Origin: Paragordius varius
Taxonomy: Eukaryota; Animalia; Nematomorpha
Assembly: GCA_964247055.1 (NCBI GenBank)
Contig: OZ176053.1
Coordinates: 6,634,001-6,698,000, forward strand
Length of the DNA stretch: 64,000 nt
Reading direction: 5' to 3'
Under the pieces are notes generated by a model. The model was not told the origin of the DNA and searched no databases. It saw nothing but the letters and a program-made list of their open reading frames with translations. This document shows positions 1-12,000 of the stretch, in pieces. The first letter of the stretch is position 1; each line of letters begins with the position of its first letter. Both the position numbers and the translations under genes were made by a program.

Positions 1-505
1 TCGTTTTTATAGACCTATGTGATTGTTTTCTGCCAGGTTTTGTGGGAAAGGCCTGGGAGAGCTTTTAAATAAAATATAATATTGAATCTTTTTTAAAATA
101 TTATCATCACTTCCTCCTTTTATATGCCCTAACCACCTTAGTTTTTGGTTTGGATTATACGTTTTTATAATAATTTTGACTCATAACAATCTTTAAATAG
201 ATCCATGGGTTATATAGTTTAAACCAAAAAAATAAAATTATGTTATTTGATAATTAATGAAAAATTAGCAATGTATACTTGGTCATAAATGTTTGTTTAG
301 TTGAGATAACAATAAATTTGTAGGGGAAAATAACATGAGGAAATCAAAAAAACCTTACGATAGGGTTTAAGTCAATTAGTATCTGCACGATGTAGACATA
401 AATTTAAATGGTTGATGGTTTTTTTTGAATACCATCATATATCCTTTGTTTCTTTCATTTTGTTAAACTGTTTATTTTTTATTTATACTGCCATTTTAAC
501 CATAG

Positions 506-2278
506 AATAATCTGGAAGGCGATGATTTGATTTTCCAATTCGATACAGATGATATGATAAATGGTGTACAACCATATCTTTTACCTAGTCCAAACACTTT
601 TGATGCTAAAAAATTGTGCGCTGTAATCGATTTAGATGAAACATTAGTCCACAGCTCTTTTAAAGTTAGTGTTAAATAAACTTGGCTTTTTAATTTTATA
701 TTACTTCCAAATTTAAATTTCTAATAATATAATCCTTTTAATTTTCAAGCATAAAGGATAAATAGCTTTTAGCATTATGCCTTTGCCAAAAGGGCCCCTT
801 AAACCGATCAACATTTTATAAATAATTTAGGATATATTGATTTTAGTTTTATCAAATGACTGAATTGATATTATTTTTTTTGACTAGTTAAGATTTTGTC
901 TTAGGTTTTTAAAGTTTTTTTATAAATTAATTTAAATTTACTTTTTTAGCCGGTTGATGACGCTGATTTCGTTATACCAGTCACCATTGAAAACACCCTT
1001 CATCAGGTGTATGTTATGAAGAGACCGCACGTGGACCTATTCCTTCAAAAAATCTCAAGACTCTTTGAATGCATTTTATTTACAGCGAGTTTGGCTAAGG
1101 TTTGTGTTTTTTTTTCAAAAAGTTTAAGAAAACAGAAAATATATTTTTACAAATTACAGTTTATAAATATGAGTTAAACAAATGAAATGTTTATTTAAAA
1201 AGGTATTGTTGTTGTTTAATGGTAAATTTAAATGATATACCATCGATATTCAACGTTTTATGTTCTTTGTCAATACAATCATTTAGCTGATCAGGGTATC
1301 CAGATCAATCTTTTTATACAAAAAACAAATAATTATTAAACTGTGAATATATAACATATATAGTATCGTTTGAAAAATAACGTTTAAATTAATTTTATCC
1401 TACCTATATTAGTATGCTGATCCTGTTGCCGACAAGCTAGATAACGATGGCAAATATTTCCAAGCGCGATTGTTTCGTGAGGCTTGTGTCTTTTACCAAG
1501 GCAATTATGTCAAGGTACATTAAATATATTATCATTCACTCTAATTTTACAAAAGATATTTTTTGACACAAGTTTTAAATATCATATTCACATTTATTAA
1601 CATGATTAACAATATGTAAATTTTATGGATACACAGGATTTAAATCGACTGGGACGAAGCACAGAACGCGTAGTCATTATAGACAATTCTCCTGCTTCAT
1701 ATATCTTTCATCCACAGAATGCGGTATTTATACATTTTTTATATTTTTTAAGCAGTTTATATGTGCAGCTTTTCGCTTTTCGACTCAATTCGATTAGGTT
1801 GATGTGATTCATATCTAAAAGATGTTGTTAAATCTATGTGATTGTCATTCATTTTATTCAACGATAAACCGATTATGATCAATAAAAATCACTTTATGAA
1901 GTCATTATAAGATTATCAAAATAATATATTTAGTACTTTAATTCAGTTAAACAGTTGATGAATTTAAATAATTATTGCAATTGATTATCTTAATTCAGTT
2001 AAACAGTTGATGAATTTAAATAATTATTGCAATTGATTATCTTAATTTTTTAGTTTTTGTTATTATCAGGTTTTAATTTGAATTAAACTCCTTTATAAAA
2101 GTTTTATTAGTTTTTTTTATAATCCTTCCTGCTTTTATAGATTCCAATATCATCGTGGTTTGGGGATAAAAATGATCGAGAATTATTAAACATTATACCT
2201 TTGTTGGAGGAATTGCATGAGAAAAGGGATGTTTTAGAGATTTTAAACGATCATAGACGACGTACGACAGATTTGTAG
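506..2278 (+). CDS. CTDSP: CTD small phosphatase (SCP/CTDSP family, HAD-like), 5' end not found in window; exons 506-664, 950-1099, 1413-1514, 1637-1723, 2141-2278
   Basis: All introns are GT-AG, phase 0, and give one open frame: ...[19 protein letters not shown]|[11 protein letters not shown]...[13 protein letters not shown]...LFTASLAK|[10 protein letters not shown]...[15 protein letters not shown]|DLNRLGR...[16 protein letters not shown]|IPISSWFGD...TDL*. The DLDET catalytic motif is intact. Confidence 0.95.
1939..2047. repeat. 52-bp tandem duplication in CTDSP intron 4
   Basis: taattcagttaaacagttgatgaatttaaataattattgcaattgattatct at 1939-1990 and 1991-2042. Confidence 0.9.
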
Positions 2279-3182
2279 TTTTTACATTTTTAACTTTTAT
2301 TTGAAAAATTTTATTTGTCTACCTCAATACATACACATAGATATATATAAATATATTTTTATTTCACATAGTTGTAATATATGCAAAATCAAATTATATA
2401 ACAATTTTTAATCGCCCAATGCAATAATATATTATTTTACTGTATAATTTATTTTATATCTTCACTCTCACTTACAAATGCAAAATTATTGAATCAAAAA
2501 AGCACAACACCACTATGCAAACATTTATTAATTAATTTATATATTTTAGAAAAATGTACGGTTTAATATATTTTATGGTATCGAAATTATATATCTAAAT
2601 ACAATTAAGAATATTTATCATACAAAATATATTTTGAAGCGCAAAATTCAATGCAACTAAATATAATTTTAATGATGATTAGAGCTATTCTATTTTAGAT
2701 TTTTACGGCATATAGAACTCTATATAATATATTATTTATTTCATAGAATCCATATAAGTATATAATGGAAATAGTTATTTTGCATAGTTTATATACAAAA
2801 AGCATAACGATATAGATAAATGATTTAAATTACAAAAAGGTGTCAATATAATATAATTTTATGTGAATGATTTTAAATTATATAGTTATATCAAAAGTTT
2901 GATTTGGTTTCCCATTTTTATTTATACGTACATATATTTATCATAGATTTTTATTTTTTTGAATGTTTTTAATAGATGATAATGAATGTATGATGCAAAT
3001 AAATGTTTTACACTATTTCAAGTTTTTTGACACTTGACACTTAACTAGCCAAGTAATTAAATATCTAAAAACAGGGAGTGGAATCGGAACAGAACCCTAT
3101 AATACCCAATAATAATATCAAAAGGCGGTTAAAAACCTACGTTGAAATTAGAATCACGCTTCCAAATGGTTATAAACAATAA

Positions 3183-3975
3183 CAGTAGACAACAAATTTA
3201 TCTGCCATACTCGAGTTTCTTGCATTTTCTGATATTTATCAATTTAACAGTGCATCTCAATTAAAAATTATAATTTTACCTAAGAATTTTTTACAATTTT
3301 ATTTTTTATGATGCGCCCTCTTTATCAAAGTTATACTAAAAAATGTTTTTCTTTGAAAATTTAAAACTCTATGGTATTACTAATATGTTTTGCATCGATA
3401 GTTATTATTGGAGATAGGAAGCGACGAACCCGCGAGGCGAGCCTTTTTTTAAAATGATATATATTTAAATCTAATGGATGTGGTCTGTGTAAACAAAAAA
3501 GTTATTTTGATTAAAACATTTATTGCTTTTATGTCTCACAAAACAGCCATTTTTAATTTTTATATATTAAAAATTACGATCTCATCAATATTAATTGTTT
3601 TCTTTACACAGCTTATTATTTTATAAATATCAAAGACTATAAATAATGTTTGGGGTATCCGTGATGATTTATAACCATAAACTATGCTTTAGTATCCACT
3701 AGGTAAAACAATTTTAAACATTGATTTTTATTAAAAAAGCAAACCAAGAGTTGCATAATATAACTCTGATAATTATATTTAAATTATTTATATGATTTTT
3801 AAATATAGTTGTCTGAGAAAATTTTTGACTTATTTATGGGCGGAAAATTTTGACCATATAAAGCCAAATAACCTTTACATCAGATTGATTTAAATCACTT
3901 GCTACCATTGGAAAGATTTTATCTTTGGCGCTCTTTGGAATCATATAAAATACATAGCTATATATCTAAAACTTA
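3183..3975 (+). mobile_element. Truncated, diverged copy of the MITE at 45426-46538
   Basis: Starts cagtagacaacaaatttatctgcca and is colinear with 45426-46340 (shared words atgcgcc.tctttatcaaa, agtatccactaggtaaaa, aaaaagcaaaccaa, gcgctcttt.gaat.atataaaatacat). No right TIR seen. Confidence 0.75.
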
Positions 3976-6072
3976 ATGATGGGGTGTTTATTGTTTGATA
4001 ATACCTATAAACCTTTGGTTCCATGTATTTAAATTATAAAAATAATACAATATATATATATATATATATATAGTCAAAGAAGAGTCCACATTTTTTGTGT
4101 TTTATATTTTTATGTTCAGAAAAAGTAATATAAAGTTTCATTTAACATAAAGAACAATGGAACCAGAACCATTTTAAACGCTATCAAATAAAAATATTAC
4201 AAACCATTACGTCGGATTCATTCGGTTCTTTAGTATTTAACTCAATGTCTTTGTTAGCTAAGAGTTAAAAAGTCAGCCTATTCATCTCTAAACCGAAAAT
4301 GAATTATCAAATACATCAAATCAAAACATAGATAATTGATGAGTAAATAAAATATTTTATCTTAAAATTGGATAGTAACAAAAAGTTTATAGTGATGTAT
4401 TAATAAAAACTAGTTTCGTACTATTTTGATCTCTGATTTCGCGGGTCGTCATTAAACATTAATGCTAAACTATCCCGTTATTAATAGGTTAAGAGCAAAT
4501 AATACGTGATCTCTTGACGCTAACGCTTTATTAAAAACCTATCTAATCAAAGTTCCTAATTTTTAAACCCCATTACAAAAGCTTTTATTTTTTTGTAAAA
4601 TAATTTGAGGTTTCGGTTTAAAATTATCTTATTATCCTAGGTGGTTCTACCCAGCTAGATTATAACTAAAATATTAATGCACTTTAAAAACAGATTTTCG
4701 AGAAAATATGCCATGTGGAACGGCCCCGGGGCTAAAAATTTTTGCGAGGGCAGCAATATTTCAGAATGTACCGCCTAGCTAAAACGTTAACAAAAATTTA
4801 ATCAACATGTTTAAAACGAATCCCCGTCTATTGGTCTTAAAATTTATTTTAATAATGTATTAATAAATTTATTATATATAAATCGCTTCTTTAGCCAAAA
4901 TAAAAAATGATAAACCACGTTTGCTGCTTTATAGTACATATATAACATTTGTTAAAATACGGATTAAATTTTATCATGTTGATTGGCTAAAATGTGTTAA
5001 ATTTACATTATAGTTTTTTATCAAAATATTTTTTTCGGTTCTGTTTTACACGAGAAAGGAGTAAAAATATAAGTTATAAAATAAAAATTTCCTGTTTCAT
5101 ATTGATTTTGCGGTTCATATCTTATTTTTTTCCGTTATTTTTCTTCGATTACATCCTGAGAAGAGGATAAAAATTTTGCTTATCAATAATATTATTATTA
5201 TTATAATGTTAGATAATTAAAACTGTTTTAAATATATAAATATAATTCGATTATAGTTTTTGATTATTTAAGTAAAACAATACGTTAAACAATGCGCGTT
5301 TTTTTTCTTATTGCCTGAAGCGTTTCTCAGCCTTAGAGAAATAACATCGTTTATGCTGCATTCTATATTTTAATTATACAATAGTGTAGTTAGCGCAAAA
5401 TATTTTTTTTAAGTTTTTTATATATTTTTTTAATTTATTAACTTGTTTAATAAATATGGTTGTTATTATTAGCATTAATTATTTTATGTATATATATTTA
5501 TAAAAATGCGATTTTTTAATTCCATAAAAAGTTTTGACGTAAAATGTATGATGGCTAATAATTTTATTTACAAAAAAATTATGATAAAATAGCCATCACC
5601 AACGCAACACCACTGGTGATGCATTAATATTTATTTAAATGCTATGATGATGATATAGAAAAACAGAATACTAGTTTTTTTCATTCATTTTATATTTTTA
5701 TTTTTTACGTTCGAACCACAAATAAATTTTTATTTATCTATATACGAATCCGATATTCTTGCGAATTTTTTTTGGCCAATTCCTCCACTAGGGTATATAT
5801 AAAAATTATGTTTAAAATAAATGTCCATTTTTTAAAAGTACACACGCAGAAATTAGGTCAAAAGCTTTAATACTAGGTTTTATTTATAAAAAAATAATAT
5901 TTCTAAATAATTACCAACATACATCGCTAAATAATTAGTTTGCGCCAATTAAGTACACTAAGATACAAGTTAGGATATCTTTTAATTCAACCCATTTTTT
6001 TGGATTTTCCGGTTTTTTGTAATAAATAAATGTATTTTTATAATGTAGCTTGCTTGATATTAAAATTTAATA

Positions 6073-9000
6073 ATGAGCAAACAACGAGAAGAAAAATCTA
6101 AATTCAGTGCTAATTCGCCAAAAGGCAATGCGCTGCACGACCCTATCCGAAGATTGTTGATTGGAACTCCGGTTACCACATTCAACAAACGTAATAGTTT
6201 GGATATATCAGGTTAATATAAATATATACAATATACAGATTATCCTTTTGATTAATGGGTAAAAGCTTGAGTTGCATTAGGGACTTTTGAAAGCATCAAC
6301 ACGCCTTGCCCAGGGCTGACAGGGACGACATATTTGCTTATTACTGTTTATTACCGATAAAATAAAAAAACTACCATGTTATTTTTAAAACATCTCCGTT
6401 AGATTATAAAATGGATTGAATTTATTTTGTGTACATTGATTTTGTGATATTGCGCACAGAGGTTCACGATGACGAAGAAAAAGTGGTAATAAAAATGGAA
6501 AATTTGATGAATTCTTTGGCACAATTGTCGATTTTGGGTAACTCACCAGTTGTTACAACAAGCAAAAGTACAGTCAATGGTTTCAACAGCCATATTGATT
6601 CACTTAAAGGTGACACAGGGTCTAAAAACAATAATAATCACAATGACGCAAAACAAATAGATGAAATGGAAACGCTAAATAATTTTTTGTCGTGCGTCGG
6701 ATCTGGTACCAAATATCTGGGTAAAGCATATTATTATCGTAGAAGATCAGTGGTTCCCAACCTTTTTTTTACACGTCCTACCAAATTGAAAATAAAATTC
6801 TTGCACTCCCTGTCAAAAAAATCTATATTATTATAAAAATCACAATCAATATGAGATTCTTATATCTGCATTTTTTGAAATATTTTACCAAAAATTCTTC
6901 CATTTGTTTTTAGTTTTTGTTCTACGCTTTCCTTTTGGGAATCACTGCTTTAAATCAAAGGTGGGCAACAATATACATGGCCTCGCGGGCCGCACTCCCG
7001 TATCGGCTACTTTTATAATAAATATATATTAGATTTCAAACAAAAGGCTATAAAGGTTACAAACACAATAATACTACCATTTATTTCACCAATTTTTGCT
7101 AGTTCATTGCCAATATTTAAAACTATTCAAAAAATTTTTAGAAATATCATAAGATTTCGAAAATAACATAACTCTTAATGTTATATCAAAATTTAAAATT
7201 TTGGCGGCTACATATTACGGGGTTCGTTTGTTGCATATCTCTGCATAGTACTAAACTAAGCCTTGAAAAGTCAATGTTAATGTGCCGATTTATTTACAGC
7301 TGCCTAAAAATAAGATGTTCCGTTTAATATAATATTCACCAACAAATTTATAAAAGTTTATTACAAATTGTAGTGACAGAGAAAATATTTAGCATAAAGA
7401 AATAACCGCTCCCTTCCTAAGGATTTTATAATTTATATCATTTTTCCCCATTTTAGGATTCTTCCAGTAACACCCAAAATTTCCTTTTATTCATTTTTTA
7501 TTATAATTAAAAACATTGTGTTTGGTATATTTAGATCGAGCCAAAGCAATTTTCCATAAGATGTCCAACGTAGTCAAAAGTGAAGTCATTGACCCTGATT
7601 TACGGCTAAAGCTCCTAGAAATATTGGAGCTAAAATCATGCGTTGAGATGACCAAAAACAGCGATAAAAATAGTGCGAAACATACGAAGAGTAATTCGAT
7701 TAATATGCAGGTAATTTTAATTTATAAAATTATCAATTTTGATTAAAAATTTATGTATTTACTAATTAGAATGGAAACGAAAACGAATATCAAAATTCTA
7801 TTCTAGATTCTAAGCATTCTATGCTTTATACCCATGTTGCGAACGGTTATCAGAATGCTGAGGTATGTTTCTTTGTATTCGCAAACATGTTTCTATGCAG
7901 GTCTAAATTAAGATAATTTGCAGTTTACTAGAAACATATAATTTAAAAAAGCACAAAAGCTTATCCATCTATTTAGAGGTCGAAACGCCATATAAGCGAA
8001 AGAAATGCGAATCAGCTGCTAATTTATATTTTTGCTTAAAATTTCTAAAAAAATTTGATTGTTTAAAATATATAAGTCTCAAGATTCATTGGTTTTTGGG
8101 TCCAGAACATCTGTTGAAATGAATTTTGAATCAAGTTTAAAAATTAATTTAGAGTATACGTAGATAATTCAATCCAAAACATAGGAGATTTCAGTTTTGT
8201 GCAATATATACCGATATACATATTTGAAACTTCGAAATTTTTTGTTTAATACCTAAAATATTATATATGAAATAATTTAATCTAAGACCTTTAATTTATT
8301 ACAAGTAATTTTTATAATTATCAAACTATATTCCAAAAAGTTAAAATCTTTTGTTTTTCGCTTCTGGCGATTGACCCATTTTTATAAAAGAAATGATCCA
8401 CTGATCCAACTCTATTATATAACAAAGTGTGTTATCTGTCCACTTCTTGGCAGGGGCCGACAAACATTTAAGGCTTACGAGGTAGGATAGGCGTTTATAA
8501 ATTGACAAAATCTTATTTTGTTTTTATAAGTATTTTGGTATGATGCAAATTCTTTCAAATGCCACTGTTTACTAGTTAACTAATATAGCTAAAAAATTGA
8601 CCTTGTGTAATAATTTTGCATTTTTAAAACAACTTAGAAACTCTATTATATAACAAAGTGTCTTATCTGTCCACTTCTTGGCAGGGGCCGACAAACATTT
8701 AAGGCTTACGAGGTAGGATAGGCGTTTATAAATGGACAAAATCTTATTTTGTTTTTATAAGTATTTTGGTATGATGCAAATTCTTTCAAATGCCACTGTC
8801 TACTAGTTAACTAATATAGCTAAAAAATTGACCTTGTGTAATATTTTTGCATTTTTAAAACAACTTAGCATTGGTTTTAGACCTGATGAAGGTCAAATTT
8901 AAAAATACATGTTAGTTAAATGGTGCTGTTATGTCCGCCTATGTATGAAGCAATAATATTAAGATCAAGCAATATATAAATTAATATTTTAATAACCCCT

Positions 9001-12000
9001 ATTTTAATTATACATATATAAAATAATTAGTTAGACAAAACAGCCCCAGATGAATTAACGAAAACTGTATCATTTTCCGAAAGTAACACTGTAATTGAGG
9101 ACACTGCAATTATAGATGATAAGTATTGATATAAATTAGATTAAAATTTTATTTTATTCACTCCTTACTCAATTAGATTTAAATTAGTAAAGCAACCATT
9201 ACTATTACAATAATTAGACAAATAATTTTACAATCGATACCGATATATTTGACTTGATTTTTAGTTTAAGATTTAAAATTTAATGCCTCAAATTATTCTT
9301 AGAAATGATAAAGATTTAGATGACAATAATAAAACACAAGGAGGCAATAAATATGCTGTTAAAGATATCATTTATATCAAATCTAACGATGCTGGCCGAG
9401 GTAACAAATCGGAAAATAATTTTTTATTTATATATCACTATATAACATATATATTTTAATTAATTGTATATAATTTGTCTATTTAGTTATGGGGGTAAAG
9501 GGTAAGCGCATCCACCAAATTGAAGAGTTAAGTAACACGGTAGTCTCGTTTCAAAAAGGTATATCAAATTAATATTATAGTTTGCAGGGATTGTAACCGC
9601 AAATCGTTGTGGTCCTACGTATTTTTTCAAAATGGTTTGGGTTTCATTGTTTTTTGTTTATTAATTTGACTTTAGTCCCATCCTTTTAAATAAAAATTGA
9701 AAATAATATTAATGAGATTGAAAATATTTCAAAACATAAATCTAATCTAAAACAACGGTTCTGGTTCTAAAAACCACTAAATCCGGTTCCACAGAAACGG
9801 TTCCAGTTGTAATCCCTGAAATTTTGTTTTAAAAACTAATAAATTTTCTCTGTATTTTGTAATTTATTTAATAAATCATAAAACTTTCGATTGTACTTGC
9901 TATATTTTCATAAAAGTCTAAATTTACTATCAATATTAATCATAGACTTTCAAAACAATGAACGAGAAGTTACTTTGAGCGGACCCTCATCTGATGCCAT
10001 AAAGTAATTATTTCAAGGGTTTATAGCCAATTCTAACAAACAAAATTAAAAACCATAAAAAAATAAGATTTTAAACCTGTTAGAACCGTTATTGTTAAGA
10101 CTACCAAAATCTGAGTTACAAAGCTTTTAGAAAATTCAAATTTTAAAATGTAATTGTAGTTTTTATTTGATTATATTATGAAATAACCCCACGATAAGAT
10201 AAAAAATAATAGTATAAAATAAAGAGTTTCTAATTTAAAGGGTATCTATCACAATAAAATACTGGACAAGTTTCACACTCGTCTCTCCAGGGCTGACAGT
10301 GCAGTTTGTATTTCGAACTTTTATAAACTTACACATAAGACCTCGACCAACCTACAAGCTCGCCTAGAAGAGTGCTATACATAGTTAAATTTACCACTTT
10401 AAATTATACAAAACATACGTTAAGGAAGAGTATTGAAATAAATGCTTAGCCAAAAACACTTAAAACCATATCCTTTTTAAAAGAGATTTATGTTATATAT
10501 AAAAATAATAAGAAAACCGGCTATTATTTTTATGGAATTAAGATGTTCCGTTGTAAACGGGAGAAAATAGATTATTTTTCAACATTAAATATATATCTGT
10601 GATGTATTATATTTTTTTAGCAATAATTGATTAAATTTTGTATATTGTATAGACTTGCGAAAATTTTAATCAAGGAAACGATAAAACGGAATTCTTCTCC
10701 AACTAAAGTATTACTTTCTAATTGATTATAATAAAACTTGAGTTATTATATAAAAATTCAATTCGACTTTATATTTTAAGCGTTTTTCATGACACAAATT
10801 ATGGTTAAAAATTTCTAAACTAAAAAATATTTTCGAGTTATAGTAGTGTTTACTATTTATTTTTATGCTAAAATATTATTTGAATTTCTTTACCCTAGGA
10901 GTTTTTGAGCGACGATAACTTGGTATCCCTTACCAAGAACAACTATGAAATTGATGAAGAAATATTAAGCCATTTTAGATCCACACCGATCGCAGGAACG
11001 AACAAATGCAGTCATAACAGTAAAAGGACAACAAATAATTTATTTACGAATTCCAGGGCACACCATCAACATATACATGAATCATCTTGTAATCATTTTA
11101 CTTGCCCGTTCACACATCACAACGCCTTATACCATTCAAAAAATTGTCCTTATTCCGACGTCATTGACGGCGAGACACATAATTTGGCTGTTCATGAGAA
11201 GCTTTGTAATCATCATGTGAATAATAAATGTCATAAGCCAGGTGCTAACGTAATCGAGACATCGCACCCACAAAAATATCCACCAATATCATCAAAATTA
11301 TCAAGATCTATCACCCATACCAATTTTGGTAAAGGTCACGTTGTAAATGGATCAAATGGATGCCATGTTTGCGAAGAGATGCAATCATTTGCTGGTTCTC
11401 ACCACAGAAAAAGTGGAAGATTTCCCAGAAAGTCTTTTGGCGATTTAGAGTCAACCAATAATACAAATTATTCAAATTTTTCCAAATTTTCTGGATTATA
11501 CGCTAATAATGGTAATAATTCACTAAAATATGCAAAGAAATATGCATTAGATGATAGCTATCTGGATTTAAGTCGTGTCGGAAGAACAGATAATGATGAA
11601 AGCCGATATGATAATCATAAATGTCATTTATGTCACCATCACTCTAATCAAGGAACGGTCAACAAAGGAAAAAGTATTGTCGATCAGGTTTATTCCATGT
11701 ATCGTCATCAAATGGCGCAACCTCACACAAGTATAAAAGCATAAAAATTTAAAATTATATAATGAAAAAGTAATAATTTCCGAATTAGAAAATTTTTTAA
11801 TAAAGAAACACTATAGGATATGATTATGGGATTAGTTAATAAATTAAAAATATATGTTTCTAAAATAGATTCGAAAATTAAAGAGGACAAGACTCACATA
11901 TCAGAAAACTGTATGCAAAGTTTTAATGGTAGCAATGTTTCGACCGCTACAACACCCAAAAGAGATTACATTTATTATCAGAGTATGAATGCGGATCCAT

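Noticed and set aside
4150-4800. Coding-like, slightly GC-richer islands between CTDSP and mxt, including a possible 20-nt GT-AG on the minus strand near 4200
   Set aside because: No consistent exon chain or recognisable peptide on either strand.
5593-5625. Hairpin catcacca-N14-tggtgatg upstream of mxt
   Set aside because: An 8-bp stem with no adjacent CTAG, poly-T tract or second copy; compatible with chance.
7457-7520. Alternative acceptor at 7455-56 for mxt exon 3
   Set aside because: Phase 1 use gives GFFQ then TAA; the acceptor at 7533-34 keeps the frame.
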